The notes: generated by a model not told the origin, from the letters alone. A stretch of 64,000 nucleotides of DNA from Terriglobales bacterium (GCA_050014475.1 JBEKDG010000008.1:18636-82635); one strand, 5' to 3'. Positions 1 to 9,615 are shown, counted from the stretch's first letter. A program made the numbers and translations.

Positions 1-164
1 TGTCTGTGAATCATGCTAATACAAGGGAGTGAGTTTTATTGATTTTCTCCGATCACGAGAATCGGATGTCAATACTTTTGCCGACGCCCGACAGGGTGAC
101 GTCTCGCCGCACTAAACCTGAATCCGGCACCTGGTCGGCAGGGCAAGGCGCAGCCGCGTGTTTT

Positions 165-1169
165 TCACAACGAATCCAGCCAGTCCAGTACGTCGGCGTT
201 CCTCTTCCAGCGCGGAGCGGCATGGGGCCGTAGTGCGCCATCGGCTTTCTCGATTGCCTTTCGTTTTGTCTCCAGGTTGGCTTGGGCGTAGATGTTGGTC
301 GTGTCCAGGCTGACATGCCCCATCCAGTTCTGAACGATGGCGGCGTCGACACCCGAGGCAATGAGGTGAACTGCAGCCGTGTGCCTCAGCGTGTGGGGCG
401 ACACGCGCTTGTCAGCCAGACGGGGAGCTTTTTCTGTGGCGGCTTGGACGTATCGCTTCAGGCGGAATCGCACACCGGAAGCCCCGAGCGGATTCCCGTA
501 ACGGTTACGGAACACCGCCTCATCGGGGCCGGTTGGGTGTCGCTTCAAGAATGTGTCCAGAAGTTCCGCTGTTTCCGGCCACAAAGGGCAGATGCGCTCC
601 TTACGTCCTTTGCCATACACACGCACCTGCGACGGAGGATGCAAACGAATGTCGCGCGGGTGAAGCTGGAGAGCTTCCGAGATGCGCGCCCCGGTGTTAT
701 AGAGGAGTGCGAGTAAGACGCGGTCGCGCTCGCCCAGCTTGCTCTTCCGATCCGGCTGATCCATCAGCGCCAACAGTTCATCTGACTCCAGGTAGACGGC
801 GGTTCGTTTCGGAGCACGCTTGTTAGGAATGCGAAGAATAGCCGCGCACTGCTTGGCGGCAAGCGGGTCTCGATCCGCAAGGAATGCGAAGAAGCTGTGG
901 AGAGCAGCCAGCCTACAGTTTCTGGTGGCGATGGTCTTCCCACGGACCTTTTCTAGATCATCGAGAAAGGCCAGCACTTCCTTGTCGTACAGATCAGCCA
1001 AAGCGAGCCGCGCAACGTCCCGGTGGCGACGCTCCGCCACGAAGCGCAGAAACAGCCGCCAAGTGTCACGATAAGAAAGGATGGTGTGGTGTGAGGCGTT
1101 CCGTTGGCCGGCCATCCAGTTATGGAAGTAAGAATGCAACAGATCGGGGAGCGAGTCAGCTATTTTCAT
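165..1169 (-). CDS. tyrosine recombinase, third gene of a recombinase trio (RitC-like position)
   Basis: 334-aa ORF. Catalytic signature is visible (GARISEAL Arg, HTLRHTAA HxxR, GHVSLDTTNIYA Tyr). Its start overlaps the upstream recombinase stop by 14 nt. Confidence 0.9.
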   Translation of the reverse strand: MKIADSLPDLLHSYFHNWMAGQRNASHHTILSYRDTWRLFLRFVAERRHRDVARLALADLYDKEVLAFLDDLEKVRGKTIATRNCRLAALHSFFAFLADRDPLAAKQCAAILRIPNKRAPKRTAVYLESDELLALMDQPDRKSKLGERDRVLLALLYNTGARISEALQLHPRDIRLHPPSQVRVYGKGRKERICPLWPETAELLDTFLKRHPTGPDEAVFRNRYGNPLGASGVRFRLKRYVQAATEKAPRLADKRVSPHTLRHTAAVHLIASGVDAAIVQNWMGHVSLDTTNIYAQANLETKRKAIEKADGALRPHAAPRWKRNADVLDWLDSL

Positions 1170-2526
1170 AAGGGGTTTCCCGGGCCTTCACGAGGTGCGC
1201 ACCGAAGGCTCGAAACCGCTCGCTTGCGCGCTGCAGCAGTTCCTGGGTGACCGTGATGTACACGACGGTGGAGTGCAGGCCGCGATGACCAAGGTAGGTC
1301 CAGAGGTAAGGCAGCTTGGCCTGCACGTCGACGCCTTCCCGGTACCACGCGATCATTCGATTTACGACAAAGCTGTGGCGAAGATCGTGGATCCGGGGGC
1401 CGCGCCGCCCCGGATCTGGTTTAAGGCCTGCCTTGCGCATTATCTGGCGCATCAGGTGGTTGGCGGTAGTGTAAGAGTATCCGCCCTTCCGGTGCCAGAA
1501 TAGAGGACTGTGGGGATCTGTCGGTGCGAGGGCTTGGCGTCGGGCCAACATGTAGTTGCGAATGGCTGCCATAGCACTCTCGCTCAGCGGCAACCGGCGG
1601 GACTTGAAGAACTTCGTATCCCGAATGTCGATGGCGTTGTCGTCCTCTCGAATGTCACCCAGGCGAAGCCCGACAATCTCCCCCATCCGGAGTCCGGCAC
1701 AGTAAGCCAGAACGAACATCGTGTACAGAGACAGCGCCCGCACGGGGGCTTTGGGAGAGGGATAGTTTCGCGCGGTTTCGAGCAGGCGCTGGACCTCTTC
1801 CTGGGTAAAGATGTACGGTCTCTTTCTCTGGCGGAGAACTTCACGAACGATCATGCGGTCGCGCTTGACCGATGCGGTAGCCGGATTGGTGCGTTGGAGG
1901 GATCTGGCAATGGCACGCCCCACCTTCACGCGTTCCATATGAGTTGCGGGCGAAGGTGCAAGCTTCGCGTACTCTTCCACCAGGGAGGAAAGTGATTCGC
2001 TCTCGGCACTGGGTCGGCGCTGAACGAACTTATCGAAGTGCCGGAATCGATTCTCGTCATAACGGAGCCCAAGAGTCTTCATACGTTCCACATGCGCCTG
2101 GATGACGGGTCCAAGATGACTCCCGAAGCGAGGAAGGCCACGAAGGCTCTCCAGGGCTGAGTCCGGGTCAGGGCTTACCAACGCGCGAACAACCGCAGCG
2201 GTGGACTGGCGTCGGCAGCCGCGACGGAGATCGGCGAAGGGATTTACCGCGAGGTAGCCACTGGCAACAAGCCAATCGAGAAAGCAGCTGACGGTCTGTG
2301 CTCGTCGGACAGCCATGCCCAGCGGCGACTGTTTCACACACTCTCGCAGCCAGGCTTGTAAGGTCCTGCTGTCCAATGCCCCCTCAGGAGCGTGATCCGT
2401 CACGAATGTTTGAAAGCGGCGAAGCACGGATTCGTACGGCTTCCCGGCACATGCTCCCCTGAGATCCAGGTCGGCCACATATCGTCGAAGCAGAGCCCTT
2501 TCTCGATCAGGCCAAGCCTTAGTCAT
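1156..2526 (-). CDS. tyrosine recombinase, second gene of trio (RitB-like position)
   Basis: 456-aa ORF. Motifs AGLRMGEI, IHDLRHSF (HxxR) and LGHRGLHSTVVYI are present. ATG overlaps the stop of the upstream gene (ATGACTAA, 8 nt). Confidence 0.9.
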   Translation of the reverse strand: MTKAWPDRERALLRRYVADLDLRGACAGKPYESVLRRFQTFVTDHAPEGALDSRTLQAWLRECVKQSPLGMAVRRAQTVSCFLDWLVASGYLAVNPFADLRRGCRRQSTAAVVRALVSPDPDSALESLRGLPRFGSHLGPVIQAHVERMKTLGLRYDENRFRHFDKFVQRRPSAESESLSSLVEEYAKLAPSPATHMERVKVGRAIARSLQRTNPATASVKRDRMIVREVLRQRKRPYIFTQEEVQRLLETARNYPSPKAPVRALSLYTMFVLAYCAGLRMGEIVGLRLGDIREDDNAIDIRDTKFFKSRRLPLSESAMAAIRNYMLARRQALAPTDPHSPLFWHRKGGYSYTTANHLMRQIMRKAGLKPDPGRRGPRIHDLRHSFVVNRMIAWYREGVDVQAKLPYLWTYLGHRGLHSTVVYITVTQELLQRASERFRAFGAHLVKARETPYENS

Positions 2527-4723
2527 TCCTCCACCCCGGCACCGGCAACGCCACCGAGCGCAAGTCCTCGGTTGCCAGCTTCAGATACACCTGCGTAGAA
2601 GCAGCCGAGCGGTGGCCCAATACGTCACCGATCGACTTCAGCGGAACACTCGCCCGCAAGAGGCTTACTGCTCGTGCGTAGCGGATGGCGTGTGGACCGC
2701 GCCTGCCTTCCGTCTTGATACCGGCCTGCCGGATTCGGCGGCCCAACACCGTGTAGAGACTGGAGCCACCGGCAAAGGGACCGTGAGGTGCTCTAGCCTT
2801 GATGAACACTTCTCGCAGATGTGTTTGTGGCCGGCCCCGGCGGAGATAATTAAGGATGGCTTGGCCGACTTCCGCCATGAGCGGCAAAAGCAGGTCGGCG
2901 CCCGTCTTAGACTGTTTTACCTTTATCTGTTCGCAGCGCCAGTTGATGTCTTCGAGCTTCATGCGGACGACCTCGCCGGCGCGAAGTCCGTACTTGGCTA
3001 CGAGTAACAGCATGGCGTGGTCGCGCAATCCAATCGGCGTCTGATCGTAACGAGTGACGGCTTGCAATCTCTTGACCTGTTCATCGGTGAATGCCAACGG
3101 AATGTCTTCATGCCGATAGAGGATCGGGCCGCTTACGGCGACTGCGAGATCTCGTTCAATCAACCCGTCCGCATAGAGGAAGCGCAGGAAGCTGCGCAGA
3201 CAGCTGGCCACTCCATGCCTGGTCACTCGCCTCAACCCCTGGTTCCGCCAAACAAGGAAGGCATCAATGTCCGACACAGCCAGTCGACGCATCGTATTCG
3301 GGCCGGCACGGTCTCCCAGCCACTCGAGGAACACTTTTGCAGCGTGCCCATTCTTCCGCAGCGTCTCCGCGGAGAATCCGTGGAGTTCCGTCAACCAGCG
3401 CCCGTAGCTCGTGCATATCTGACGGCGGAATGCTTCGATTTCATCTTGGACTGGTCTTTCAGGCGGCCACTGCCCACGGACCAGCCGCAGGTAGCGTCGG
3501 ATCGGGCTCGTCTGGTGGTAGTGCCATAGAGCGACGTTTCGAGGATGCTGTTCGTGGTTGCGCCGGCACTCGGCAAGCCGCAATTCCACGTAGGACGCGA
3601 CGTGTTCGGGCGTCACCTCTTCAACCGGAATCGACCGGCTTCGTAAGAAGCGCAGGAACACCCGGACGGTCGACATCATGCTGGGGATCACGGAAGCGCG
3701 AAACCGCTGTTCGGCGAGGTATTGCCGAAAGCGCTCCAGCGAGGGATCGGGTCGGCTGTCTGCCGGCCAATAACCGTGGACCAACCGCAATAGGCGGCTG
3801 ACCGGAGATACAACAGTGGCTTTCCAACTCCGCATGTACCGCGGAAATCTGCCGTGGCGCTTCTGATAGGCCGCCAGCTTCGTTTGAACGAAGCTGGTCA
3901 CGTGGGCAGCTTGCACTTTTTCCAGAGAGATACCCTGCGTCTCTAAGTGTCTTAGGAACTCAATGCAGCGGCGAAGATATACCCCACGCCTCTTTGGACA
4001 CGAGAAAGCATGCTCCAGATGTTTCTTCAGCCGCTCCAGCCAGGGCTGCACTGGACGTGCCGGTGGCCATTCTCCTTGCACAAGTCGCAGCAAGTAGTGA
4101 ATGCCGGGTGTCAGTCCACATCGCCAGTCTACGACGCTCCCCGGAAGCCGACCTTGCTCGCGCTGGTAAAGAACCAGTTCGCGATCAATGAATGCCGATA
4201 CGTCAGCCGGTGCCGCAACCTCCGGTGGTACAGACCTATCGCCAAGGAAGAAAAGAAAGCGGCGTACGACCTGAAGGTAGCGCTGTCTAGTTCTAGGCTT
4301 TTGCCCCGCCTGTTCGAGGCGCGCCCGAAACCACTCCAGGCGCGTTTCGATCTCATTCGAGGGAGGCCACTGCCCTTGCGCCAGGCGTAGCAGCAGGGTG
4401 ATCGGCGACATGTGATGCCAGTGCCAGCCGCGCTGATTCTTTGGGCACCGTCCGTGTTTCCACCGATAGTGGCGCAACCTTACACGAAGAAATGCGTCGA
4501 CATCCGCTGCTCGTACCGATTCGACCGGAATCTGGCGGCGCTCCAGGTAGCGCAGGAACTTCCGTCCGACTACGCAGTAGCTTTTGGTTGCAGGACGGCT
4601 GTAATGCTCACGGGCTAAGTGTTCCTTCAGTTGCGGCAACCATCTGTCAAGGCATGAGGTGTGCTGTGAAATGGTGTTTGCTCCCCGTACTGGTATACGC
4701 AGAAACAGGCCGATTGGACTCAA
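2519..4723 (-). CDS. large tyrosine recombinase, first gene of trio (RitA-like position), with repeated N-terminal modules
   Basis: 734-aa ORF; TTG start as drawn, exact start uncertain. C-terminal GLRAGEV, PHAIRYARA and LGHRSAASTQVYL motifs. Four tandem 100-aa N-terminal repeats precede a canonical core-binding-like segment. Confidence 0.85.
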   Translation of the reverse strand: MSPIGLFLRIPVRGANTISQHTSCLDRWLPQLKEHLAREHYSRPATKSYCVVGRKFLRYLERRQIPVESVRAADVDAFLRVRLRHYRWKHGRCPKNQRGWHWHHMSPITLLLRLAQGQWPPSNEIETRLEWFRARLEQAGQKPRTRQRYLQVVRRFLFFLGDRSVPPEVAAPADVSAFIDRELVLYQREQGRLPGSVVDWRCGLTPGIHYLLRLVQGEWPPARPVQPWLERLKKHLEHAFSCPKRRGVYLRRCIEFLRHLETQGISLEKVQAAHVTSFVQTKLAAYQKRHGRFPRYMRSWKATVVSPVSRLLRLVHGYWPADSRPDPSLERFRQYLAEQRFRASVIPSMMSTVRVFLRFLRSRSIPVEEVTPEHVASYVELRLAECRRNHEQHPRNVALWHYHQTSPIRRYLRLVRGQWPPERPVQDEIEAFRRQICTSYGRWLTELHGFSAETLRKNGHAAKVFLEWLGDRAGPNTMRRLAVSDIDAFLVWRNQGLRRVTRHGVASCLRSFLRFLYADGLIERDLAVAVSGPILYRHEDIPLAFTDEQVKRLQAVTRYDQTPIGLRDHAMLLLVAKYGLRAGEVVRMKLEDINWRCEQIKVKQSKTGADLLLPLMAEVGQAILNYLRRGRPQTHLREVFIKARAPHGPFAGGSSLYTVLGRRIRQAGIKTEGRRGPHAIRYARAVSLLRASVPLKSIGDVLGHRSAASTQVYLKLATEDLRSVALPVPGWRND

Positions 4724-4805
4724 TTATCGGAAGGAATATTTTTGAACAGCCACGCCGAGCGTAGCTTCCGCTGCTTTCCTCCGCATATTCGGTTGCTGCG
4801 CATAA

Positions 4806-4837
4806 TATCGCTAATCGCGAGCTCGCGATTAGCGATA
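4806..4837. repeat. perfect 32-bp palindrome TATCGCTAATCGCGAG|CTCGCGATTAGCGATA
   Basis: Read directly from the sequence: 12-bp arms around an 8-bp centre CGAGCTCG. It lies between the trio start and the truncated DUF932 gene and contains the DUF932 stop codon. Confidence 0.95.
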
Positions 4838-5146
4838 ACCACAAGTCATCGCCAAACGCATGCTCTTATCGTGGGAGTTGCGAAGGCCGATGGAAAAGCG
4901 GCAGCCTTCCATCTCGGTTTCGAGGTCGAGAACCCCAAAGGCTTTCATGCCGTCTGGTGAGACCGCATACTCATCATGCACGACTCCGATGTGGCGAAAC
5001 CCGAGAGTCTCGACCAATGCTTGCACGATCTCGTGGTGCGGGACCGGACGGTGTGTTTCCGTTGCCACTGGTGTCGGCACCAGTGCTAGTTCTTCGCGAC
5101 CAATCGTTCGGCCATTGTAGCCAATGAGCGTACTAGTTTCTGACAT
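4829..5146 (-). pseudogene. DUF932-family (phage/plasmid-like) protein, N-terminal fragment of about 105 aa
   Basis: ATG at 5146 is preceded by AAGGAGGAAAG. The sequence LVPTPVATETHRPVPHHEIVQALVETL...RNSHDKSMRLAMTCGYR resembles the N-terminal third of DUF932 proteins and stops abruptly inside the palindrome, where homologs continue (VxVCxN). Confidence 0.65.
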
Positions 5147-5316
5147 ACTACTTTCCTCCTTGTTGATTTGGAATGACGTTCTTGAAGGTGAGAGAATGGC
5201 GGCGACGCTGGCCGCAGCCACGTTTGCCGGTATGGTTTACGGACTTCGGAGAGAGGACTGCTCAGCGAGGTTGCGCACCGGGCCTGCGAGTTCGTCCAGC
5301 CGTCGCTTACGTCAGG

Positions 5317-7652
5317 TCAACTGAAACCAAACAACGACGCTTGCTCCGGGACGGCTGGCCTCCCGCGCCGCTTCCTGCCTGACAATGATTCAGGCCGACG
5401 TCCGAAAACGAAGATAGAACCGGGATCGATAACCCCTTCAAAAAGACCAGCGGTGTCAGACTGAGTGTTCAGCGGTATGTTCGCCGTTTCGGTGGAAGCA
5501 GCATCATCGCTGCAAACAGACTTTGTCGGGAACAGTTTTTGATGTTCTGCATTCAGGGCCCTCCAAGTGGAATCGGCGGTCTCGCCAATACCGTTCCTCT
5601 CGACCAGTTCCCGTGCCATGGCTGAAAGCATGTCATCGTCTTCATCGATGCTCTGCAATCCCTCGCCGGCGAACTTGCCTTCCATGGTGAGTGCCACGAG
5701 GAGCTTCTTCCCCATCAAGCGGAGGCAGGAAGTCTGCATGGTCCCCTCAGAGCAAAGAAATTTCACACGTACCGGCCGTCGTTGACCGATCCTCCAAGAC
5801 CTGCGGCTCGCCTGCCGCAAAGTGTGTAGTGAATACCCCGACTCGTAGAAGAGAATCGTCGGGAAGTCCAGCAAATCCAGCCCAGTCTCCACCAGCTTGG
5901 GATGGCAGATCACTACTTGAACTCCGTTTTTATTTGTCTGGCGTACCACGCTTCACGCTTCGAAGTATCGACGCTCGCGCGCAAAACAGCGGTGTGGATT
6001 CCCTCGTTGCTCAGGATTCGTTGAATCCGCGCCGTGACGTCGTGCTTCTGTGTGTACACAGCAAAGACCTGACAGCGGCGACCCTCCACTAATTCTTTCT
6101 TGATCTCTTCGATCAGCCTGCGTTCCTTGGAATAGATACGGTCCTCCGGAAGGTCGCGGGGTTCTGCAATAACGAATCTCACCTTGTGCTTAAGTTCAGG
6201 ATCGAACTCAGTACCGTATAGCGTCCCAATCCCGTATGGGTGATCGGGATACAGCAACAGAGTGTTGAGCATCGTGCTCAGAACCGACCGGTTGCCCCTG
6301 TGAGCTTTCAACGCCTTCCGCATGTCATCTTCGAGCTCGCGGTACGCTTCCTGCATGGGAGCGTCCATCGGCACGCTCAGATAGCTTTCTTCGTATGGCG
6401 GAAGTTCTCCCGAGATGTCCTCGAGAAACAAAAAGGCGCACAGCTGCATCAGGAACTCGCCGAATAGCAGTGGGGAGGCTCCAGGCTTGCGCCGGACCGT
6501 GCTGGTCGTTTTGGCCTTGGAGCAGGCATTGTTGGCGGGTTCCACCTTGGTGATGGTTTCCAGGACGCCGTAATCCTGAATAAAGGAACTGCGCCCGGTA
6601 GTACCCCATTCGTAGCCATGCTCCTTCATCCTTCTCGCTTCGAGACGGAAGAGCGTGTTGAAGAGATCGTCGGCGTAGCCGCCCAGCAGTGTGCCGGTCA
6701 GTCCGACGATCCGGTCGGTGCATGCGGCCAGAGTCCCCAGGGCATTGCCTTGTGCCGTGTCGCCCGCAAGTTGGTGGATTTCGTCGCAAATGGCGTAGTC
6801 GAACCAACCGGGCATATAGCGCCCGATAAATTCCACAGGGGCCATACGGCGGATCTTCTCGGGGTCGGCCTGCCACATCGCGCTGTGCACGCGCCGGCAG
6901 GGCGTTTCTCCGCGGGCCTCAATGGTCTCGGAGATTTTGACCTTTTCGAAGTCGGCGGCGGTCAGCCGGCCATCATCAACGATCACGGGCTTGCCCGTGT
7001 CTGCGTTGACGACGCAGCCCAAGTACGGGCCCGAACGCGGCATGATGAAGGCATGGCGCCAGAAATACCCCAGCTTGGCCCGTTCACGTCCCACGATGAA
7101 CAGTGCCGGTCTCGTACACAACGACATCCAGCGCTCGCGTGAACTCGAAAACTGCTTCCGCAGTCGCATGTCGCTGAGCGTGGTGCGCAAGCCTTCACGC
7201 ACCATCCGGCCGTGCTTGAGCCGCACTTCGTTGACACCGTGCGGTGTGTTCTCGTCGCCGCCGTTCCGCAAATCGTCGATCAAGAACACGCGAATTTCAG
7301 GGACGGTCAGGAATGCTTCACGTGCCCACTTCTCGACCAAGTGTGGAGGGACCATGGCTAAAGCTGTGAATGGATGCCCGTCGCTATGGACATGCATGGC
7401 TCCCAGCGAGATCAGGGTCTTGCCCGTGCCGCATTCGGCTACGACCATGGCAGTTCTGGCGTATTGCCAGCGCTTCACAACACCCATGAGGGCAATCGTC
7501 TGTGCCGGAAACGGCCTTCGCAATAGCGCGTCAATCCGGGGCGAGACCGGATCATTGAACGGATGCAGGGCTGGGTATTCCTGCAGGATGCGCTCTCCAA
7601 GCAACTTGGCATGGGCTCTCATATAGTCATATATCGTCGTAAGTTCGAGCAT
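5317..7652 (-). pseudogene. SF2/SNF2-type helicase interrupted by a frameshift
   Basis: ORFs 5913-7652 and 5317-5949 overlap in different frames and together form one helicase: AECGTGKT Walker A, DEIH box, and C-terminal QASRRSWRIGQ motif VI. The frame switch lies within 5916-5946 around an A5 run. Confidence 0.8.
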
Positions 7653-7730
7653 GGAAATCCTCAGAACGCGGGAAGAGGGACCTGAAGGGAAAAGGATTGA
7701 AAGAGAGAAAGAGACAGGAAAGGACGAGGT

Positions 7731-8393
7731 TCAGTCTTCAGTGGGTAGAAGAGTCTGTTTTAGATCCAAACTTGGCCAATGGATTGGTCCGGTCTCTGGG
7801 GGAAAGCGGATGGTGCTGCTCCACAAGCCGTCACTGAGCCAGGAAAGGAATTGCTCTTTGTTCCCTTTGACGAGTACAGGATTACATCCAAGACCCAGCA
7901 TCGGGACGACGGCTTTGTGCTTTTCGAGTTGGCGCAGAAACCATTCGGCCCAATCAGGAATTCCGGGGATGCCGTGAATGTGGGCCAGCGACGCCCACAC
8001 AAACAAAGCCTCCGAATCGGCCAAGAGGGTTCGATCCGTTCCTGATAATGTGCCGCTGGCGGCAAACTCCTCGGAAACCCCGATGAGATGGCGTAACGGC
8101 TTTTTGCGCCCGGCAAGCTGCAGCGAACCTTTGTAGCACTGGACATTGCGCTCCAGGCATACACGAATCGGTTGTACGCCCGGCCCTTCCACCATGAAAC
8201 GCTCTCCCATGGATATGGCTGCAGAAACGGCCGAGATCTGCGTATCACCGCCGATCGCAGAAATGAAGTGGGCTTTGGCCTGCCGCGGTGGGTCTGGCAA
8301 AACCTCGCCGATGAATCGGTCCAGGCGCAGTCTGATGTTTGTGGTGGTTTTCTCCGTGCTCTTTACGTATGTGACCCAACCCCAGAAAAACAA
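7731..8393 (-). CDS. hypothetical protein upstream of the helicase
   Basis: 220-aa ORF, co-directional with the helicase and 78 nt upstream of it. I recognise no motif and the start is uncertain. Confidence 0.5.
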   Translation of the reverse strand: MFFWGWVTYVKSTEKTTTNIRLRLDRFIGEVLPDPPRQAKAHFISAIGGDTQISAVSAAISMGERFMVEGPGVQPIRVCLERNVQCYKGSLQLAGRKKPLRHLIGVSEEFAASGTLSGTDRTLLADSEALFVWASLAHIHGIPGIPDWAEWFLRQLEKHKAVVPMLGLGCNPVLVKGNKEQFLSWLSDGLWSSTIRFPPETGPIHWPSLDLKQTLLPTED

Positions 8394-8409
8394 GCGAAAT
8401 CAACTCTTC

Positions 8410-9615
8410 GTGTCGGCTGAGGTTCGCGAAGGGAGCCTGGGCATCTCCTCAGTCTTCTTGCGATGTGAGGTTTTGCGCGACTATTTCTATCGTATTCCAC
8501 GAGGCGGCGGTGCGTCCGCTCAATACACCTTCTACGATGTGTTGCGGATTCCGGCTGGCGCTTCTCCCTCTGAAGTTCGCGTTGCGTACAAATTGCGGGC
8601 TTTGGAGCTCGATTCCGCCGGCGCTCCTCACAGCGAGCGTGTTGACTTGGAACGAGCGTTCAACATTTTGGCTCAGCCAGAACTCCGTGCCTGTTATGAC
8701 GCACTCTTGACCGACGCGGATGGCCCCGCGCCCTTTCCCTATGGCGGCTTCGGCTCTCTGCTTGCTGCTGGCGAGCGCTCTCACGATGGCCAGGCTTTCT
8801 TTGCCAACCGCATTTTGGCTTTCCTGCCGGAGCAACGGCAGCGCCAGTTCCATGCCCCGCTGCGCAAATGCGACTTCTACGATGACCGTGCTCTGTACCG
8901 CGATCCTCGCCGCAAGCTGGAGTTTTGGATCGATCACGCCGCCCTGCACATGGTATGGGACTCCAGCTGGAATCGGTGGAAACACCTGCTAGGAGCCAAG
9001 ATGCAGATCAATGCAACGTTTGTACAGAGCGGCAGGTACCAGCATCGCCACGGCAAATGGGAACTCGCATCGCACGAGACGGCGTTGCCCAGCCGGCTGG
9101 AGGTCAAGCTCCCCGCCGATATCCAGCAACAGCTAGAGGCTGCGAGGAGAACCTACCACCGGTTTGGACAGTATTCCACCGCATTGGCTCAGATCCGCCT
9201 GCGCATCGAGTCACAAGCAGTGGAGAAATCGGAACTTGAGAAGATGTGCGCGGCTCTGCGCATTCCCGGCGACTTCGACGTCTCTTTGATAAGTTGGCGT
9301 CCCGATTATGATCGCTTCTTTTATCACCAACTCGCGAACCGTGCTCGTCGGATCTACCTGTTTCGTACCGAATACATTCTTGACCTGGAGAAAGTCGTTG
9401 CTGTCGAAACCCCTCAACTCGGCCATGCAACGTATCTTTTCTCCAAACCCAGGAGCATGGAGGGCTTTCTTGAGATCTATACGAAGGTCACGAAAGACGA
9501 CATCCGTCAGAACCACCGCAATGTGGCTGAAAAGCTAGGATTTCTTGGGCGCGTCATTCACGGTGCGAATCCGAGAGTCTGGCTCAAGGAATTGCGACGA
9601 CGTTCGGGCGAGTAG
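8410..9615 (+). CDS. J-domain-like protein lacking the HPD motif, with a C-terminal region of unknown function
   Basis: The long ORF is 8146-9615, but its 5' part overlaps the divergent gene. In-frame GTG at 8410 or TTG at 8458 are plausible starts. YTFYDVLRIPAGASPSEVRVAYKLRALELD...LERAFNILAQPELRACYDALL resembles DnaJ helices I-III without HPD. Confidence 0.6.
   Translation: MSAEVREGSLGISSVFLRCEVLRDYFYRIPRGGGASAQYTFYDVLRIPAGASPSEVRVAYKLRALELDSAGAPHSERVDLERAFNILAQPELRACYDALLTDADGPAPFPYGGFGSLLAAGERSHDGQAFFANRILAFLPEQRQRQFHAPLRKCDFYDDRALYRDPRRKLEFWIDHAALHMVWDSSWNRWKHLLGAKMQINATFVQSGRYQHRHGKWELASHETALPSRLEVKLPADIQQQLEAARRTYHRFGQYSTALAQIRLRIESQAVEKSELEKMCAALRIPGDFDVSLISWRPDYDRFFYHQLANRARRIYLFRTEYILDLEKVVAVETPQLGHATYLFSKPRSMEGFLEIYTKVTKDDIRQNHRNVAEKLGFLGRVIHGANPRVWLKELRRRSGE

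Larger units (their letters stand above)
165..4837 (-). mobile_element. recombinase-in-trio (RIT)-type element; outer boundaries not defined
   Basis: Three co-directional, translationally overlapped tyrosine recombinase genes, all with intact catalytic motifs. A neighbouring gene is truncated at a 32-bp palindrome at 4806-4837. The left end may lie at or beyond the window start. Confidence 0.6.
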
